From Camelus dromedarius (Eukaryota): a stretch of DNA of 64,000 bases. Positions 24,449 through 36,149 of the stretch are shown piece after piece; the stretch's first letter is position 1, and each line of letters starts with the position of its first letter. Location of the stretch: the NCBI RefSeq assembly GCF_036321535.1, contig NC_087437.1:111974001-112038000 (forward strand), given 5' to 3'. The notes under the pieces were generated by a model. It saw nothing but the letters and a program-made list of their open reading frames with translations, did no database searches and was not told the origin of the DNA. The position numbers were made by a program, and so were the translations under genes.

Positions 24449-25495
24449 AGTTTGTTTGTAATTTTTATAATAAAACATTAAATCAATAAATATTACATGT
24501 GTACGTATGTATGAGTTCTATTATGGAGGTGTGTTGGACACTGGTGATTTATTGTTTCTCAGACCACCCTCCTCTACCTTACAGAGAAGTCCTAGGGAGA
24601 TGAAATAACTTGCCCAAGGGCACAACACAAGGTGGATTAGTGACAACGCTGGGCCCAGATCTCAGATCTAATCATTCCAAGTGTAGCGGCCCCTGAGATT
24701 CCTAAGGTAAGGGAGTTGGAGGGGAAGGGGCGTGAGCTGCTTTATCCTTTCATCTGAGAGTTTTAACTCCCGTTAAAAATGTAACATAAATTACCTAGTC
24801 AAGTAGTCATCTCAGCTGTTATTATCCACTTACACCTCAGTGTAAATGAGTGTAACATCCTTTTCTGAGGGGAAAAAAAAAAAAAAAAACCCTTAAGAAA
24901 GCTCAGAGAAAAAGAAGAGGCCGAGGGAAAGTACAGGACTCGAAGGATGAGGGTTCTGACCATAAAACGTATCTCTTCAAAATGTTTGAGGCCGGAACGT
25001 ATTAGCAGTGGCTTTCTGTAGGTGTTGGAATTAGCGTTGTGTTTCTAAAATACTTGTTTCATATTTCCAAGTTTTCTGCAAAGAATTCACATTACTTTTA
25101 TTATTTATTCACTTAGTTATTTAACAAATACTGGATAGGTTCTAGGCATCGGTCTCTATCTTGGGCGGTGGGATGTAATGACCAAGGACAAGCCTAGCCC
25201 TTCCTTTGGGGATTTGTGGGAAAGGTGGGCTTCGGGAACAGAGCAGGTTTTTCTAGAGACCCCCGAGTCTGGATCAACACCCTGCTGCCGGGAAGGGTTC
25301 ACACCCATCGCCGTGTGACCAGGCTGCTTGAGTAGGGTACAAGCGAACAACTCTGGTACGGCCCTGCCTGCGTTTAAATCCCAGTGCTGCAACATCTCAG
25401 CTGTGTGACCTTAGGTAAGTCACTTAACCTCTCGGGGCCTTGGTTTCCTCATTCATAACATAAGTAGAATGACACTCGTCCCTAGTTCTCAGGGC

Positions 25496-25580
25496 AATAT
25501 TCGGGGTATACTTAATTAGAAAATTATTCATTGTTTGAAATTCAAATGTAACCAGGCTTCCTGTATTTCTCTGGCACCCC
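25496..25580 (+). mobile_element. MER53-like MITE, half element
   Basis: 'aatattcggggtatactta...tgaaattcaaatgtaacc...cctgtatttctctggcaccc'. Confidence 0.6.
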
Positions 25581-27641
25581 CACTTCCCCAGAAGTCTCAC
25601 CTTGGGAGGTAAACCCACAAAGAACCCCGCTCAGGGACTATTGTCTGTCCTGGCAGCACCAGATTTGCTCATTCCAGGACGGGTTCCCTCCACTCCTGGG
25701 CTCCGAGGCAGTGCCCAGGGAATGCACCGGCCTGTAGGCATCCTTGCCTTGACCACCGCTGTGCTCAATGCATAGAGCATCGCACAGAGGAGGCGCTCTA
25801 TCAAGAGCTGATGAATATGCAATTAATTAGTCTATCTGGAATCTTAGAAAAACAAATGAGAAAGAAAAAAAATCAAGTATCTTCTAGGGTATAACCCTTC
25901 CTTAGAGGGTGTTTCGCTAAAATCCCATTTGAGAAACTGTCATAGAAAAATGATTTCACCCAGAAATGATTGTAAATCATGCACTTTGTCAGGAATTTAA
26001 TTGCAAGAGGAGGAGACTCTGGTTTAAGCAAGCAACATCCCCCAGGGAGTTGTTGGGGACTGACAGAGGCCCAGAGGCAGCCTCTGCTATGGTAGAGGCC
26101 AGAGTGAGTTCAAAGCAGAAACCAGGCCCGGAATTCCTATCGAGCAAGTCCTCCTGCTCATTCTACTGGGGTCCAGAACATTCATGAGAAGGTACATCCT
26201 GTGGGTCCCTGGGCCATCAGCTTCATCTTTCTATACCTTTGTGAGGATTCTGTTAATGGAAGAATCTAGACAAAGTACAGTTTGGATCACTTTGTAAAGT
26301 AGGTAATGATTTCCTTCAGAGGAGGATGCTGAAAGTCTGGGACAAGGCAAGACAAAAGGGGCCAGGCAAGAAGCGAATGGTCTGCAAGAGTCGCCTTCAC
26401 ACTTTGGTGAGCTTTGAAATGACTTAGACTTTACCTGAAACCTACTGAGTCTAAGGAGCTGTCCTGGGCTGGTCTGCGGGAGCAATCGAAGACCGTTCAT
26501 GGATATTTACATTCTGAAGTGCGGGTCTTCAAGCTTGGTTTCCCAAGACAACATGCTGTTTTCTGTCTCTGTCTCTCCTTTTAAAAGTGAATGTCACCTT
26601 TCACATCCAATGCTTGCTTGCTAACTGGGTCCAACCAGAAGAGTCGAGTCTGGTGAGTGTAGATGTAGATGGAATGGTAAAACATTAGAGCTGGAAAGAG
26701 TATTAGAAGTCACTGATCCAACCAGATGAAGAACTGGAGACCTGGAGACGGAAGGTTCCTCGCCCAGATCTCCATCCTCACATACAGAGTCCCCCTACTC
26801 CCAACCCTGGTGTCTACCCATCTCCCGGGCTGGCATCCTATTCAAGGAGACTCCAGGCCCTACAGCAAGGGCTGTGGATGAGAGGGCGCCATTCCTTCCA
26901 CCTGCAGTGATGGGGCCACCCTCAAAATGGTTGTGTTTGTGGTTGTAGCATTTCCTATTTGCCTGCTTTGGGAGCTCCCCGAGTCCCATTTCCTTCCACC
27001 TAACCCCTAATCAGTAATAAGGAAGTGAAGGGACCCCCCCCACTTTGCCCAACCTCTGCAGCAGTGGACATGGGGAATGGATGTTAGGTGTCCTCCTGGC
27101 GGAGGCTGGGGTGCTCCCTTGCAGTGACCTCTCAGAGGAGGCTACTCCCGAGGGGCAGGAAGCCAGCCCACAGCAGGGCACTCCTGCAGGCTCTGCGGGA
27201 CCGTGGCCCTTCTTCTTTGCCCCAGTCAGGTGGTCCCAAGGTTTGCTGGCCTTGCTTCTGGTCGCCCTGCCTCACGGGAAAGTGGGTGAGGACAGCGCCA
27301 AAGCCCTCCAGACCCCTTTTCAAGCCCACAGAGAGGACCCCATGGCTGCGTGAAAGCGCCTCCCCACCTCTGAAAGAGGATTAGGTGCAGCGAGGTGCTT
27401 GAGCCCCCCAGCTCTCCTGCAAAGCAGCTCAGGCTTCAGTGTTCAGCTCAGATTCCAGGAAGCCAGGCCCGGGCCTCTGCAGCTTCTGGGATTCCAGAGG
27501 CCCTGGCCCTTGGTGGCTGGACTTGCACCAGCTCTTGGAGGTGGTGGGGGGCGGGGGGGGGGGGTTGCAGACCAGATGTTTTAAAGGGATTATTATTGCC
27601 TGAAAGAAAAGTCCAGTTTTCCTATGTGTCCCCCACTTCTT

Positions 27642-27748
27642 TGTTTGTTTCTTTCTCTTTTTTAAATGGAGGGACTGGGGATTGAACCCAGAACCCTGTG
27701 CATGCTAAGCATATGCTCTACCACTGAGCTATTCCCACCACAACCCCT
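27642..27748 (-). mobile_element. vic-1-like SINE
   Basis: SINE body; TSD tgtcccccacttctt (27627-27641) / tgtcacccacttctt (27749-27763). Confidence 0.92.
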
Positions 27749-27888
27749 TGTCACCCACTTCTTAAAGGAAATTTGTCCACATAGCGCTACCAGAATTGGA
27801 GGGAATGGAAATAAGAGCATGCATCTTCTGATGGCATCCAACACCCAGGCGTCAAGGGCCTTACCTTCTTAATCCTCAACAATGACCA

Positions 27889-28284
27889 TATTACTTCTGT
27901 TCTGAATTGTGTGCCTCCCCAAATTCCTGTGTTGAAGTCCTCACCCCCAGCCCCTCAGAATGTGACTGTATTTGGACGTAGGGTCTTTAAAGAAGTAATT
28001 AAGTTAAAATGAGGTTATTAAGGTTGGCCCTAATCCAATCTGACTTCTGTTCTTATAAAAGGAAAGGAAATTAGGACCCAGATGCACACAGAGGGAGAAT
28101 CGTGTAAGAACCCAGGGAGAAGGCAGGCAGCTAAAAGCCAAGGTGGGAGGCCTCAGAAGAAACCAGCCCTACCAACACCTTGATCTTGGACTTCTGGCTT
28201 CCAGGAATGTGAGAAAATAAATTGCTATGATTTAAGTCATTCAGTCGGCAGTATCTTATTACGGCAGCCTTAGCAAACTATACA
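27889..28284 (+). mobile_element. MLT1 (MaLR) solo LTR
   Basis: 'ctgaattgtgtgcctcccc...cagaatgtgactgtatttgga...cttgatcttggacttc...gcagccttagcaaactataca'. Confidence 0.9.
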
Positions 28285-28437
28285 ACTCCAGCTACCACAC
28301 CACTAACACACGGTGGGTGAAGGGTTTTGCCATCGGGTAGTACGGACAGTGAAGTGATGATGGTGGTGCAGCGGCCAAGGGCTGGGCTGCATGGTGAGTG
28401 GTAGCTGCCCAGCTGTGAAGAGCCGTCTTCCATTTTG

Positions 28438-28476
28438 CATTTGCCATTTGCCATTTGCCATTTGCCATTTGCCATT
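28438..28476. repeat. (CATTTGC)5 heptamer tandem repeat
   Basis: Read directly. Confidence 0.95.
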
Positions 28477-28907
28477 GAGTCTTGCTCGTATCTGACAAGA
28501 ACACAGGAGAGGAGCTGTTGCATTGAGTCTTTGACAGAAGCAACCAGACATTGCAGAAAAGACACAACACATCTTTTCAAGATAGCTTGAATCCAGTTCC
28601 CAGAAAAATAATTCATAAAAATATACCTGGCCCTAGCCCTAAGTGGATCAAATCACCTAGGCAGGCATGCATTTCCTGCAACATTTATGCCCACTTTCTC
28701 ACCAAACAAATTTACCTCCCCCTCCCTCAGACGGACAGGGAGCAAGGGACATTTCCGTTAATTTCTGCTTCTTTCTTTCTTGAATGTTTATGGGACAGGC
28801 CAAAGTTTCAGATATCCTAACTCCAGTAATTATCCCCAAACCACACGAAATATTACATAAGCCCCAGTTATAATCTGTTAGATTTAGAGGCAAACCTTGA
28901 TACTTCC

Positions 28908-29360
28908 AGCTACTGGGGAATTGTGTCCCCCTAAAAACACATGCTGAAGTCTTAACCCTCAGTATCTCAGAACGTGCCCTTATTTGGAAATAGGGCTGTT
29001 GCAGATGTAATTAGTTAGCATGAGGTCCTAGCAGAGTAGGGTGGGCCCCTAATCCAACATGAGTGGTGTCCTTAGAAGAAGACAGCCATGGGAAGGCACA
29101 CAGACACACGAGAAGGAAGGCCATGTGAAGGAGACATGGAGACAAAGACTGGAGCGATGCAGCCACAAGCCAAGGAATGCCTGGGGCTACTAGATGCTGG
29201 AAAATAAAGACGAGTCCTCTGGTGGAGACTTCTAAGGGAATATGACCCTACCAATACCTTCATTTCAGACGTCTAAACTCTAATGCTCTCAGATAATACA
29301 TCTTCATTGTTTTAAGTCACCCGCTGTGTGGTGCTTTTGTTATGTCTAGGAAACGAACAC
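28908..29360 (+). mobile_element. MLT1 (MaLR) solo LTR
   Basis: 'aattgtgtcccc...ccttatttggaaataggg...gcagccacaagccaaggaatgcc...ctaggaaacgaaca'. Confidence 0.9.
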
Positions 29361-30210
29361 TCTACTGTCACAGTAGAATTACTTCTTTTCATTTTTAATA
29401 AAATGAAGTTGAATTTCCTGATTATGATGATTCGTTTTCCCACTATTGCTGCTCCTTCACTTGTGATGACTGCTGTGATTACTATGAAATGGCATTTATC
29501 AGTCAGGGAAATCAAACTATTTATTTCAGCCCCCAAACTGTGTTTTCACACTAATAATGCAATCTATCTGCTTAGGAGAAACAATGCACAATCTGTATAG
29601 ATTTATTTTTTTTAAAAAGCAATTATGTGACATTTTGAGGAACTAACGCAAATGTGGAAACTGAGGTTCTTCAAAGGACATGTGGCTATTAACTGGGGAA
29701 CTGGGGGATTGCATCTGGTAGCTGAGAGCTACAGAGGTGGAGCCTGGGAAGAGAGATGGGAGGCACCTGCCTGGAAGGGAGGCCTGGTTCTCAGCCCATC
29801 AGCTGGTCCAGACCTGGCTAAGTTGCTTAGCCTTTTGCACCTGCATCTCCTAAGCTGTGAAATGATGATAATGATTTATCCCTCATGGGGCTGTTGTAAG
29901 GCTGACATGAGACAGGAGCTTAGCTCTGTTACTGGTGCAGAGTAAGCTCTCAAATAATGTTGGCTGTTCCTGCTACCCACTAAAACCACTAGTTATTAGT
30001 CATAAAATAATCTTCAGCGGTCACTGAAGGCAGTCGTGGTGTCTCCGAGAAAGACAGTAAGACACACAGCTGCCGGCCACGCTCAGAGAGGCAGCTGGCA
30101 AAGTGTCACAAACATGGCTCTGAATTGCAGAGAAGGACGCCGTCACTAACTAGTTCCTGCCCTCGGGTGACTTTGGTCAGGTCATTCAGTCCCTCTAAAA
30201 CTGAAATACG

Positions 30211-30897
30211 TTTCATTAGGTCCCATTTGTTTATTCTTGCTTTTGTTTCTATTGCTTGGGTAGACTGTCCTAGGAGAACATTTTTGAGATGTATGTCAGA
30301 TAATGTTTTGCCTATATTTTCTTCTGGGAGGTTTATTGTATCTTGTCTTATGGTTAAGTCTTTGATCCATTTTGAGTTTATTTTTGTGTATGGTGTAAGG
30401 GAGTGTTCTAGCTTCATTGCTTTACATGCTGCTGTCCAGTTTTCCCATCACCATTTGCTGAAGAGATTGTCTTTATTCCATTGTATATTCTTGCCTCCTT
30501 TGTCAAATATTAGTTGACCAAAAGTTTGTGGGTTCATTTCTGGGCTCTCTATTCTGTTCCATTGGTCTATATGTCTGTTTTGGTACCAATACCATGCTGT
30601 CTTGATGACTGTAGCTCTGTAGTATTGTCTGAAGTCTGGGAGAGTTATTCCTCCAGCCTCTTTCTTTCTCTTCAGTAATGCTTTGGCAATTCTAGGTCTT
30701 TTGTGGTTCCATATAAATTTTATTATGATTTGTTCTAGTTCTGTGAAATATGTCCTCGGTAATTTGATAGGGATTACATTAAATCTGTAGATTGCCTTGG
30801 GCAGTGTGACCATTTTAACAATATTGATTCTTCCAATCCAGGAGCATGGGGTATCTTTCCATTTTTTTTAAGTCTTCTTTAATTTCCTTCATCAATG
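30211..30897 (-). mobile_element. Young L1, inverted 5' segment (ORF2 C-terminal part)
   Basis: [19 protein letters not shown]...[16 protein letters not shown]...SKW*...MKLEHSLTPYTKINSKWIKDL...INKWDLMK, in one frame with a single stop. Confidence 0.96.
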
Positions 30898-31004
30898 TAA
30901 CACCATTTGCAGCAACATGGATGTCCCTGGAGAATGTCATTCTAAGTGAAGTAAGCCAGAAAGAGAAAGAAAAATACCATATGTGATCACCCATATGTGA
31001 AATC

Positions 31005-31035
<31 letters not shown>

Positions 31036-31360
31036 CAAAACATAAATACAAAACAGAAACAGACTCATAAACAAAGAATACAAACTTGTGGTTGCCAAGA
31101 GGGCAGGGGGTGGGAAGGGACAGACTGGGATTTCAAAATTTGTAGATACTGGCAGGCATATGCAGAATAGATAAACAAGATTATACTGTATAGCACAGGG
31201 AAATATATACAAGATCTTGTGATAGCTCACAGCGAAAAAAAAGGTGACAATGAATATATGTATGTTCACGTATAACTGAAAAATTGTGCTCTACACTGGA
31301 ATTTGACACAACATTGTAAAATGACTATAATTCAATAAAAAATGTTAAAAAAAAAAAAAA
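30898..31360 (+). mobile_element. Young L1, sense 3' segment with polyA
   Basis: 'ccatttgcagcaacatggatg' (PFAATWM), 3'UTR, AATAAA at 31334 and A14 at 31347-31360. Confidence 0.96.
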
Positions 31361-31598
31361 GAAATTGCTCACAAAAAAAAAAAAGAAAAGAAAAGAGGGA
31401 TATGCAGAGCTTGGGAGGAGGATCTGGGAGGAGGACAGGGCTGATGGCTGCCCATTGGGAGGCGGGGGAGGGAAACTGAGAGACCCAGAGACAGGGAAGC
31501 TGAAAAGAGAAAAATGGGGAAGAAGAGAGATTCTGGTATGTGGTAGGCATTTACTAAACATTTGCTGAATAAAGGCATGAAAGTGAAAAAAAAAAAAA
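31361..31598 (+). other. L1 3'-transduced sequence with its own AATAAA and polyA
   Basis: Non-L1 sequence between the L1 polyA and a later polyA (31586-31598). The TSD AAAACTGAAATACG (30197-30210 / 31595-31608) encloses everything. Confidence 0.9.
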
Positions 31599-32051
31599 CT
31601 GAAATACGGAGAGAAGAAATATCAAGGAGTGTAATATCCAGCTTATAGGATTATTTTGAGAATTTAATTCAAAAATATGAAAGAGTATTCTGGAAAAAAG
31701 TAAAGGCCCTGGAAATAATTTTTTAATATAAATAATAATTTGTAGCATTATATATATACATTTTATATAATTAAAATTACACAATAGCATATGTAATTTA
31801 TATACTATATTTAATATGTTATTAAATGTATGTGTGTATATGTTTGACATGTATCTTGGAGGTTTATATTCCAACCATGGATTGGAAAATTGTGTTCTGT
31901 TTATTAGACCAGTGGTATCATAATAAGTTGGCATCCAACTAATTAACAATGTAAAAATAGATTATATATGACATCCAAAATCAAAGAGAACTTTATAAAT
32001 GGTGGCTCCATTTTCATGGAGTGAAAGATACTTTTTTTTTTAATGTAAGGA

Positions 32052-32260
32052 GCATTAGCTCACCGATGGGGTGATTTTACCCCCTAATGAACAGTTGACA
32101 ATATCTGGAACATCTTTGGTTGTCATGAGTTAGGGAGGAAATGCCATTGGTGTCTGGTGGGTGGAGGCCAGAGGTGCTGTTAAACGTCAGCGAGGCACAG
32201 GACATCCCCACCGCAAGGGTGACCGCCACCAAATGTCACCAGTGCCAAGGCTGAGAAGTG
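32052..32260 (+). mobile_element. MER20 hAT MITE
   Basis: 'ggggtgatttt...caatatctggaaacatctttggttgtca...gggtggaggccagaggtgctgttaaac...caaatgtcaccagtgccaaggctgagaa'. Confidence 0.88.
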
Positions 32261-32595
32261 GCTTTAGAGACCAACCTGGCCCAGGAAAGTAAGGTCAGAG
32301 TTGCCTTCTTTTTTCTTGGACTGGGTTGATGTGAGGGGCTGGGGAAAGTTAGTGCAACTCAGACAGGCTTCGTACATATAGGAGTAACATTCAAGGTTGG
32401 AAAGAGTTCTGGGAATGGTGAGAAATTAACTGAGATCTGAGTTCAGAACTGCTACCTCTGTCATCCTTGGAGAATTGGAAGATACTAAACTCAGCAAATC
32501 AGTTCCCCAAACAAACTCCAGCTTTCCAAGGGAAGACACTGGGCAGGACTTCAGGCCCCTTTGAGCTGTTGAATGAGTACTGCTGTCCTTGCTTC

Positions 32596-32615
32596 AGAAC
32601 ACCAGAGGGCGCTCA
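32596..32615 (+). promoter_or_regulatory. Candidate CTCF binding site
   Basis: ACACCAGAGGGCGCTC is one mismatch from the core; TGCTGTCC lies 18 bp upstream. Confidence 0.6.
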
Positions 32616-33110
32616 AGAAAGGGAGAGGTGATCAGGGGCCTGCCAAGGTGCTCTGTGTTTGTCTTTGGATGGAGCATCCCAGGGGCTGGGGAAGAAGCTA
32701 GAGAGTCAACCCTCCCCCTTTCATCTCAGCCGCCTCACTAACCAACATTGGGTCCTCCCATTCTTCTGCCCAAAGTGGCTCCGCAAAACTTCCTGACAAC
32801 ATAGCTAAAGAAGGCTTTGCCTCAGAGAAACCTGCTGGCTGAGGGCTGGATCTTGGGCATCTTCCTGTTCTCAGTCCCCTGATGCTTGAGAGGCAGATTT
32901 TAATTGAAGCCTTGGAAGGTGATGCTATAATGATCTCTCAAGGCAAGGACTACGATTGTTTCCATTAGTAGTGGGACTGATGGCACAGTAATGGAAAGAT
33001 GGTTGACTGCAACTCAGGCTCTAAGAAGGTTCAGTTTTACCCTAAACATCTGTTTCTATGGGACCCTCGGGACTCAAAATCTCTTCTGCAGACTTGGGTG
33101 GGTTAGATGG

Positions 33111-33537
33111 TGCATTAACCGCCTAGGGGTGCTGTAACAAAGTACCATACCCTGAGTCCCTTAAACAACAGAAATGTATTTTCTCACAGTTCTGGAGGCT
33201 AGAAGTCCAAGATCAAGGTGTTGGCAGGGTTGGTTCCTACTGAGGCTGTGAGGAAGAATCTGTTCCAGGCCGCTCTCCTAGTTTCAGGTGGTGGCTGCCC
33301 ATTTTTTCTGTTCCTTGACATCATCCTGGTCTCTGCCTTCATCTGCAAATGGCCTTCTCCCTGTGTGCGTGTCTGTCCTGCATCCAAATTTCCCCTTTTT
33401 ATAAAGACAACAATCATATTGAACCTCATCTTAATTTGATCATCTGCAAAGACTCTATTTCCAAATAAGGTCACATTCCCAGTTCCCGGGGGTTAGACTT
33501 CGGCATCTTTTGGAGGGACACAATTCAATCCTTAACA
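33111..33537 (-). mobile_element. MLT1 (MaLR) solo LTR with 5-bp TSD
   Basis: TG...CA ends; TSD GATGG at 33106-33110 and 33538-33542; 'ctcacagttctggaggctagaagtccaagatcaaggtg'. Confidence 0.93.
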
Positions 33538-34984
33538 GATGGCTTCAAAAGTCTCTCCTGGTTTCTTGAAATTATGGCTATGGAGTCTTGAGAATAGGAC
33601 TGACTCCATAAAGTGCTAACGGTGAGTCCAGCGAACACTTCCCAAGAGGAAAGGGTGGTGGTTTCAGGCAGAGAAAACCAATTCCAGGTCTATGGCAGCT
33701 GAAATGTTCAAGTTGTTTGCTGACGATTCTCCCCAAGGGGCTGTTACCACTGTTCGTTGCCACCCTCAGTGTTTCAGAATTACTTTGGTGCCAGTTGGAA
33801 TAAATGGAAAACGTGTTTAACTTAAAAAGCGAAGCAGACAATGCTATCACATTGCACATGCAAACGTGCAGAGGGACAGGGGGCAACTACTGTTTCAAGA
33901 TGATTTAAGAATTTGATCCAAAGTCTGGTTGCACCACTGCGTGCCTTGAAAGGCACCTCACAGATGGGTTTCATAATTGAGAAATGCATTTGTTCTTTGT
34001 TGGTGTATAAAAATAATGTGATTCAAAGCTTAGGGTCGGATGTCTTTCTGAAAGTGATTTCCCTCTATCATCCACACACATACTTGTATCTTTTCATAGA
34101 AAGGAGGCAGGGGGAAAAGGTGGGATTATTACTGTGCTCTTTTGGAAAGAGTGCATGTCCTTTTAAAAAAAAAGTCAAAAGGGTTTGCAGGCGGACACTG
34201 CAAAAGGAAAATGATAATCACATAAAGCATATGGGAAGCCTTGCTTTGAGTTTAGAAAACTAGCCACAGAGAATTAAAGGCATGGGATGCTCTAGGTACC
34301 AAGCGCCTCACAGAAACTGGGAGGTCATAGGCTAGGTAAAGTTTCACGTTCTGAGACATACAATATACAGACTCTTCTCCAGTAATTATTCCTTACTCAG
34401 CATTTCCAGAGCCCACAATACGTGACCAGCTTCAAGTAATATTTCAGTGTCTCCCTTGGTCAGTGAAAACAAATGATTTATTTTCCAAAGGAAGAAGTCA
34501 TCTTGTCTGGGGATCACATGGCTAGAACATCCTACAGGTACCCTGAAAGTGGGACATTTTCTGAAGCCCCATGACTCTGATGCCGTCCTATTTGGCAGGC
34601 TTTGGACCCCAAGACATCACGTGGCTTTTCAGTGGCCCCAGGATCGCTGACTTTTTTGTGAAACTAAAAGGAAACCTGCCTGATGTTTTCTTACTTGAAA
34701 GACCTACATCCAAGAAGGCTCTGAGGATTTTTCTGGAATGGGAAACACATGGGTTCTGGTTTCCGTACCCCTTCATTCAGTCGGAGCAAGTTCCTCAAGT
34801 CATAATTTGCAAATCAGTGTGTTCATAACGGGCTCTGCCTGAGCCTCTTTCGGCTCCAGGGCCCAGGCCCACGCGGTTACTGACAGCGGGACACAGAGAG
34901 CTGTCTGTACGAGGGGCACGGCTGATGCCGGCACCGGAGGCGGAGTTCAGCAAATGCCTGCAAGCAGGAGAGTCACCTGCCGGG

Positions 34985-35115
34985 CTTATGAAAACACGTC
35001 TGGCTGGGCCTCGCTCTAGAGTCCCTAATTCCATCGGTCTGGGGAGGGGCCCGAGAAAAAGCTTCTCTTAACAAGTTCCCAGGTGACACTGCTCTGCTGC
35101 CCAGAGACCACACTT
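34985..35115. mobile_element. MER5A-like hAT MITE
   Basis: 'ggtctggggaggggcccgagaa...taacaagttcccaggtgac...gaccacactt'. Confidence 0.75.
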
Positions 35116-35344
35116 GGTCCCCAGTAATAAGGGGCATAGGGAAGGGTGGCAGTCTAACGCCTCCTAAGGGTCCCCCACCAAAGGTTTCACCAGAGTCACC
35201 AAGCCCCTCTACGACTGCTGGCCGGAGTTTCTCATCCCTCCCTAGGAGCGAGGCTAGTGTGCGGGATGCGGGGAAAGGATCCGGGGACAGGCTACCGTAT
35301 CTGGGTGACCTGAAAACAGACACATGCACCCCTGGTTAATTGCG

Positions 35345-35500
35345 AGCTGGCTCAGCATCTGAGTCAGAGAGTGTCACAGAGGCAGACCCTCCGGGAGGAG
35401 GGGTGGGCCACGCGTCGGACATCATCGGAGGGTGGGACAATGAGAGGTGGGAATGTCTGTGGCTGAGTCAGCCCACCTGCTGCTGGCTGAGCAGCGGGGG
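35345..35500. promoter_or_regulatory. Candidate AP-1/TEAD/KLF enhancer
   Basis: TGAGTCA at 35360 and 35464, GGAATG at 35450 and GGGGTGGG at ~35400, in a locally CpG-richer stretch. Confidence 0.4.
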
Positions 35501-36149
35501 CACGGAGGGGAGCCCTCCATCCTCTCCTTGAAAAGGGGGTTTCAAATGCTGTTTGAGCAGCAAACCCATTTAAAGATATGCAAAACACGGAGGCAGAGCT
35601 TCTCTGGTTGAAGTACGAAGAGGGTGAGTGAGGAGGCTGGAGGCAGGAGAGGCTAGGGAGAGGGGACCCCTGCCTTGGCGTCACCTTTCTCCTGATCCCC
35701 CAGTGCTGGACTTGGCAGGACCCCCCAGGGAACCCCCGAGTTCCTCAGAACTCAGTTTGGAAACCATTTAGTGGTTCTTTCCCCTCTTCATCCATGCATC
35801 CCTCAATGGCTTTCCGAGCTCCTCTGTAGGAGGGACGTTTGAGGTGCTGTGAAACACGCAGATGCCCACCACCTCCTTTCTGCTTTCCACAAAGTACAGA
35901 CTGTCTAAGAAAGACTAGATCAAAATTTTGTTGGAGAACTGCTGGGTAATGCAATAAACTGATTATGTCTAGGGGCACCAGGGGATAATAACGGCTATGT
36001 GTGGGTCCGCCTAGTAAGGGCAGCTGTACCGGAGACCGAGAAGTTTAACCAGAGAGGAGTAACTCCAGGCCCTGGTAGAAGGCGTGCAGGTGAGTGTGTC
36101 CCTGTGTGCACTCATTCCTTTCAGACAATCGGACTCCACATAGCAGCCC

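Noticed and set aside
24816..24858. Short imperfect hairpin (tgtta..cacttacac / gtgtaaatg..taaca)
   Set aside because: Too short and imperfect to distinguish from chance or a MITE remnant.
27889..29360. Two same-orientation MLT1 LTRs as ends of one provirus
   Set aside because: The LTRs differ substantially in sequence and length, and the 0.6-kb interval does not look like MaLR internal sequence; independent solo LTRs are more likely.
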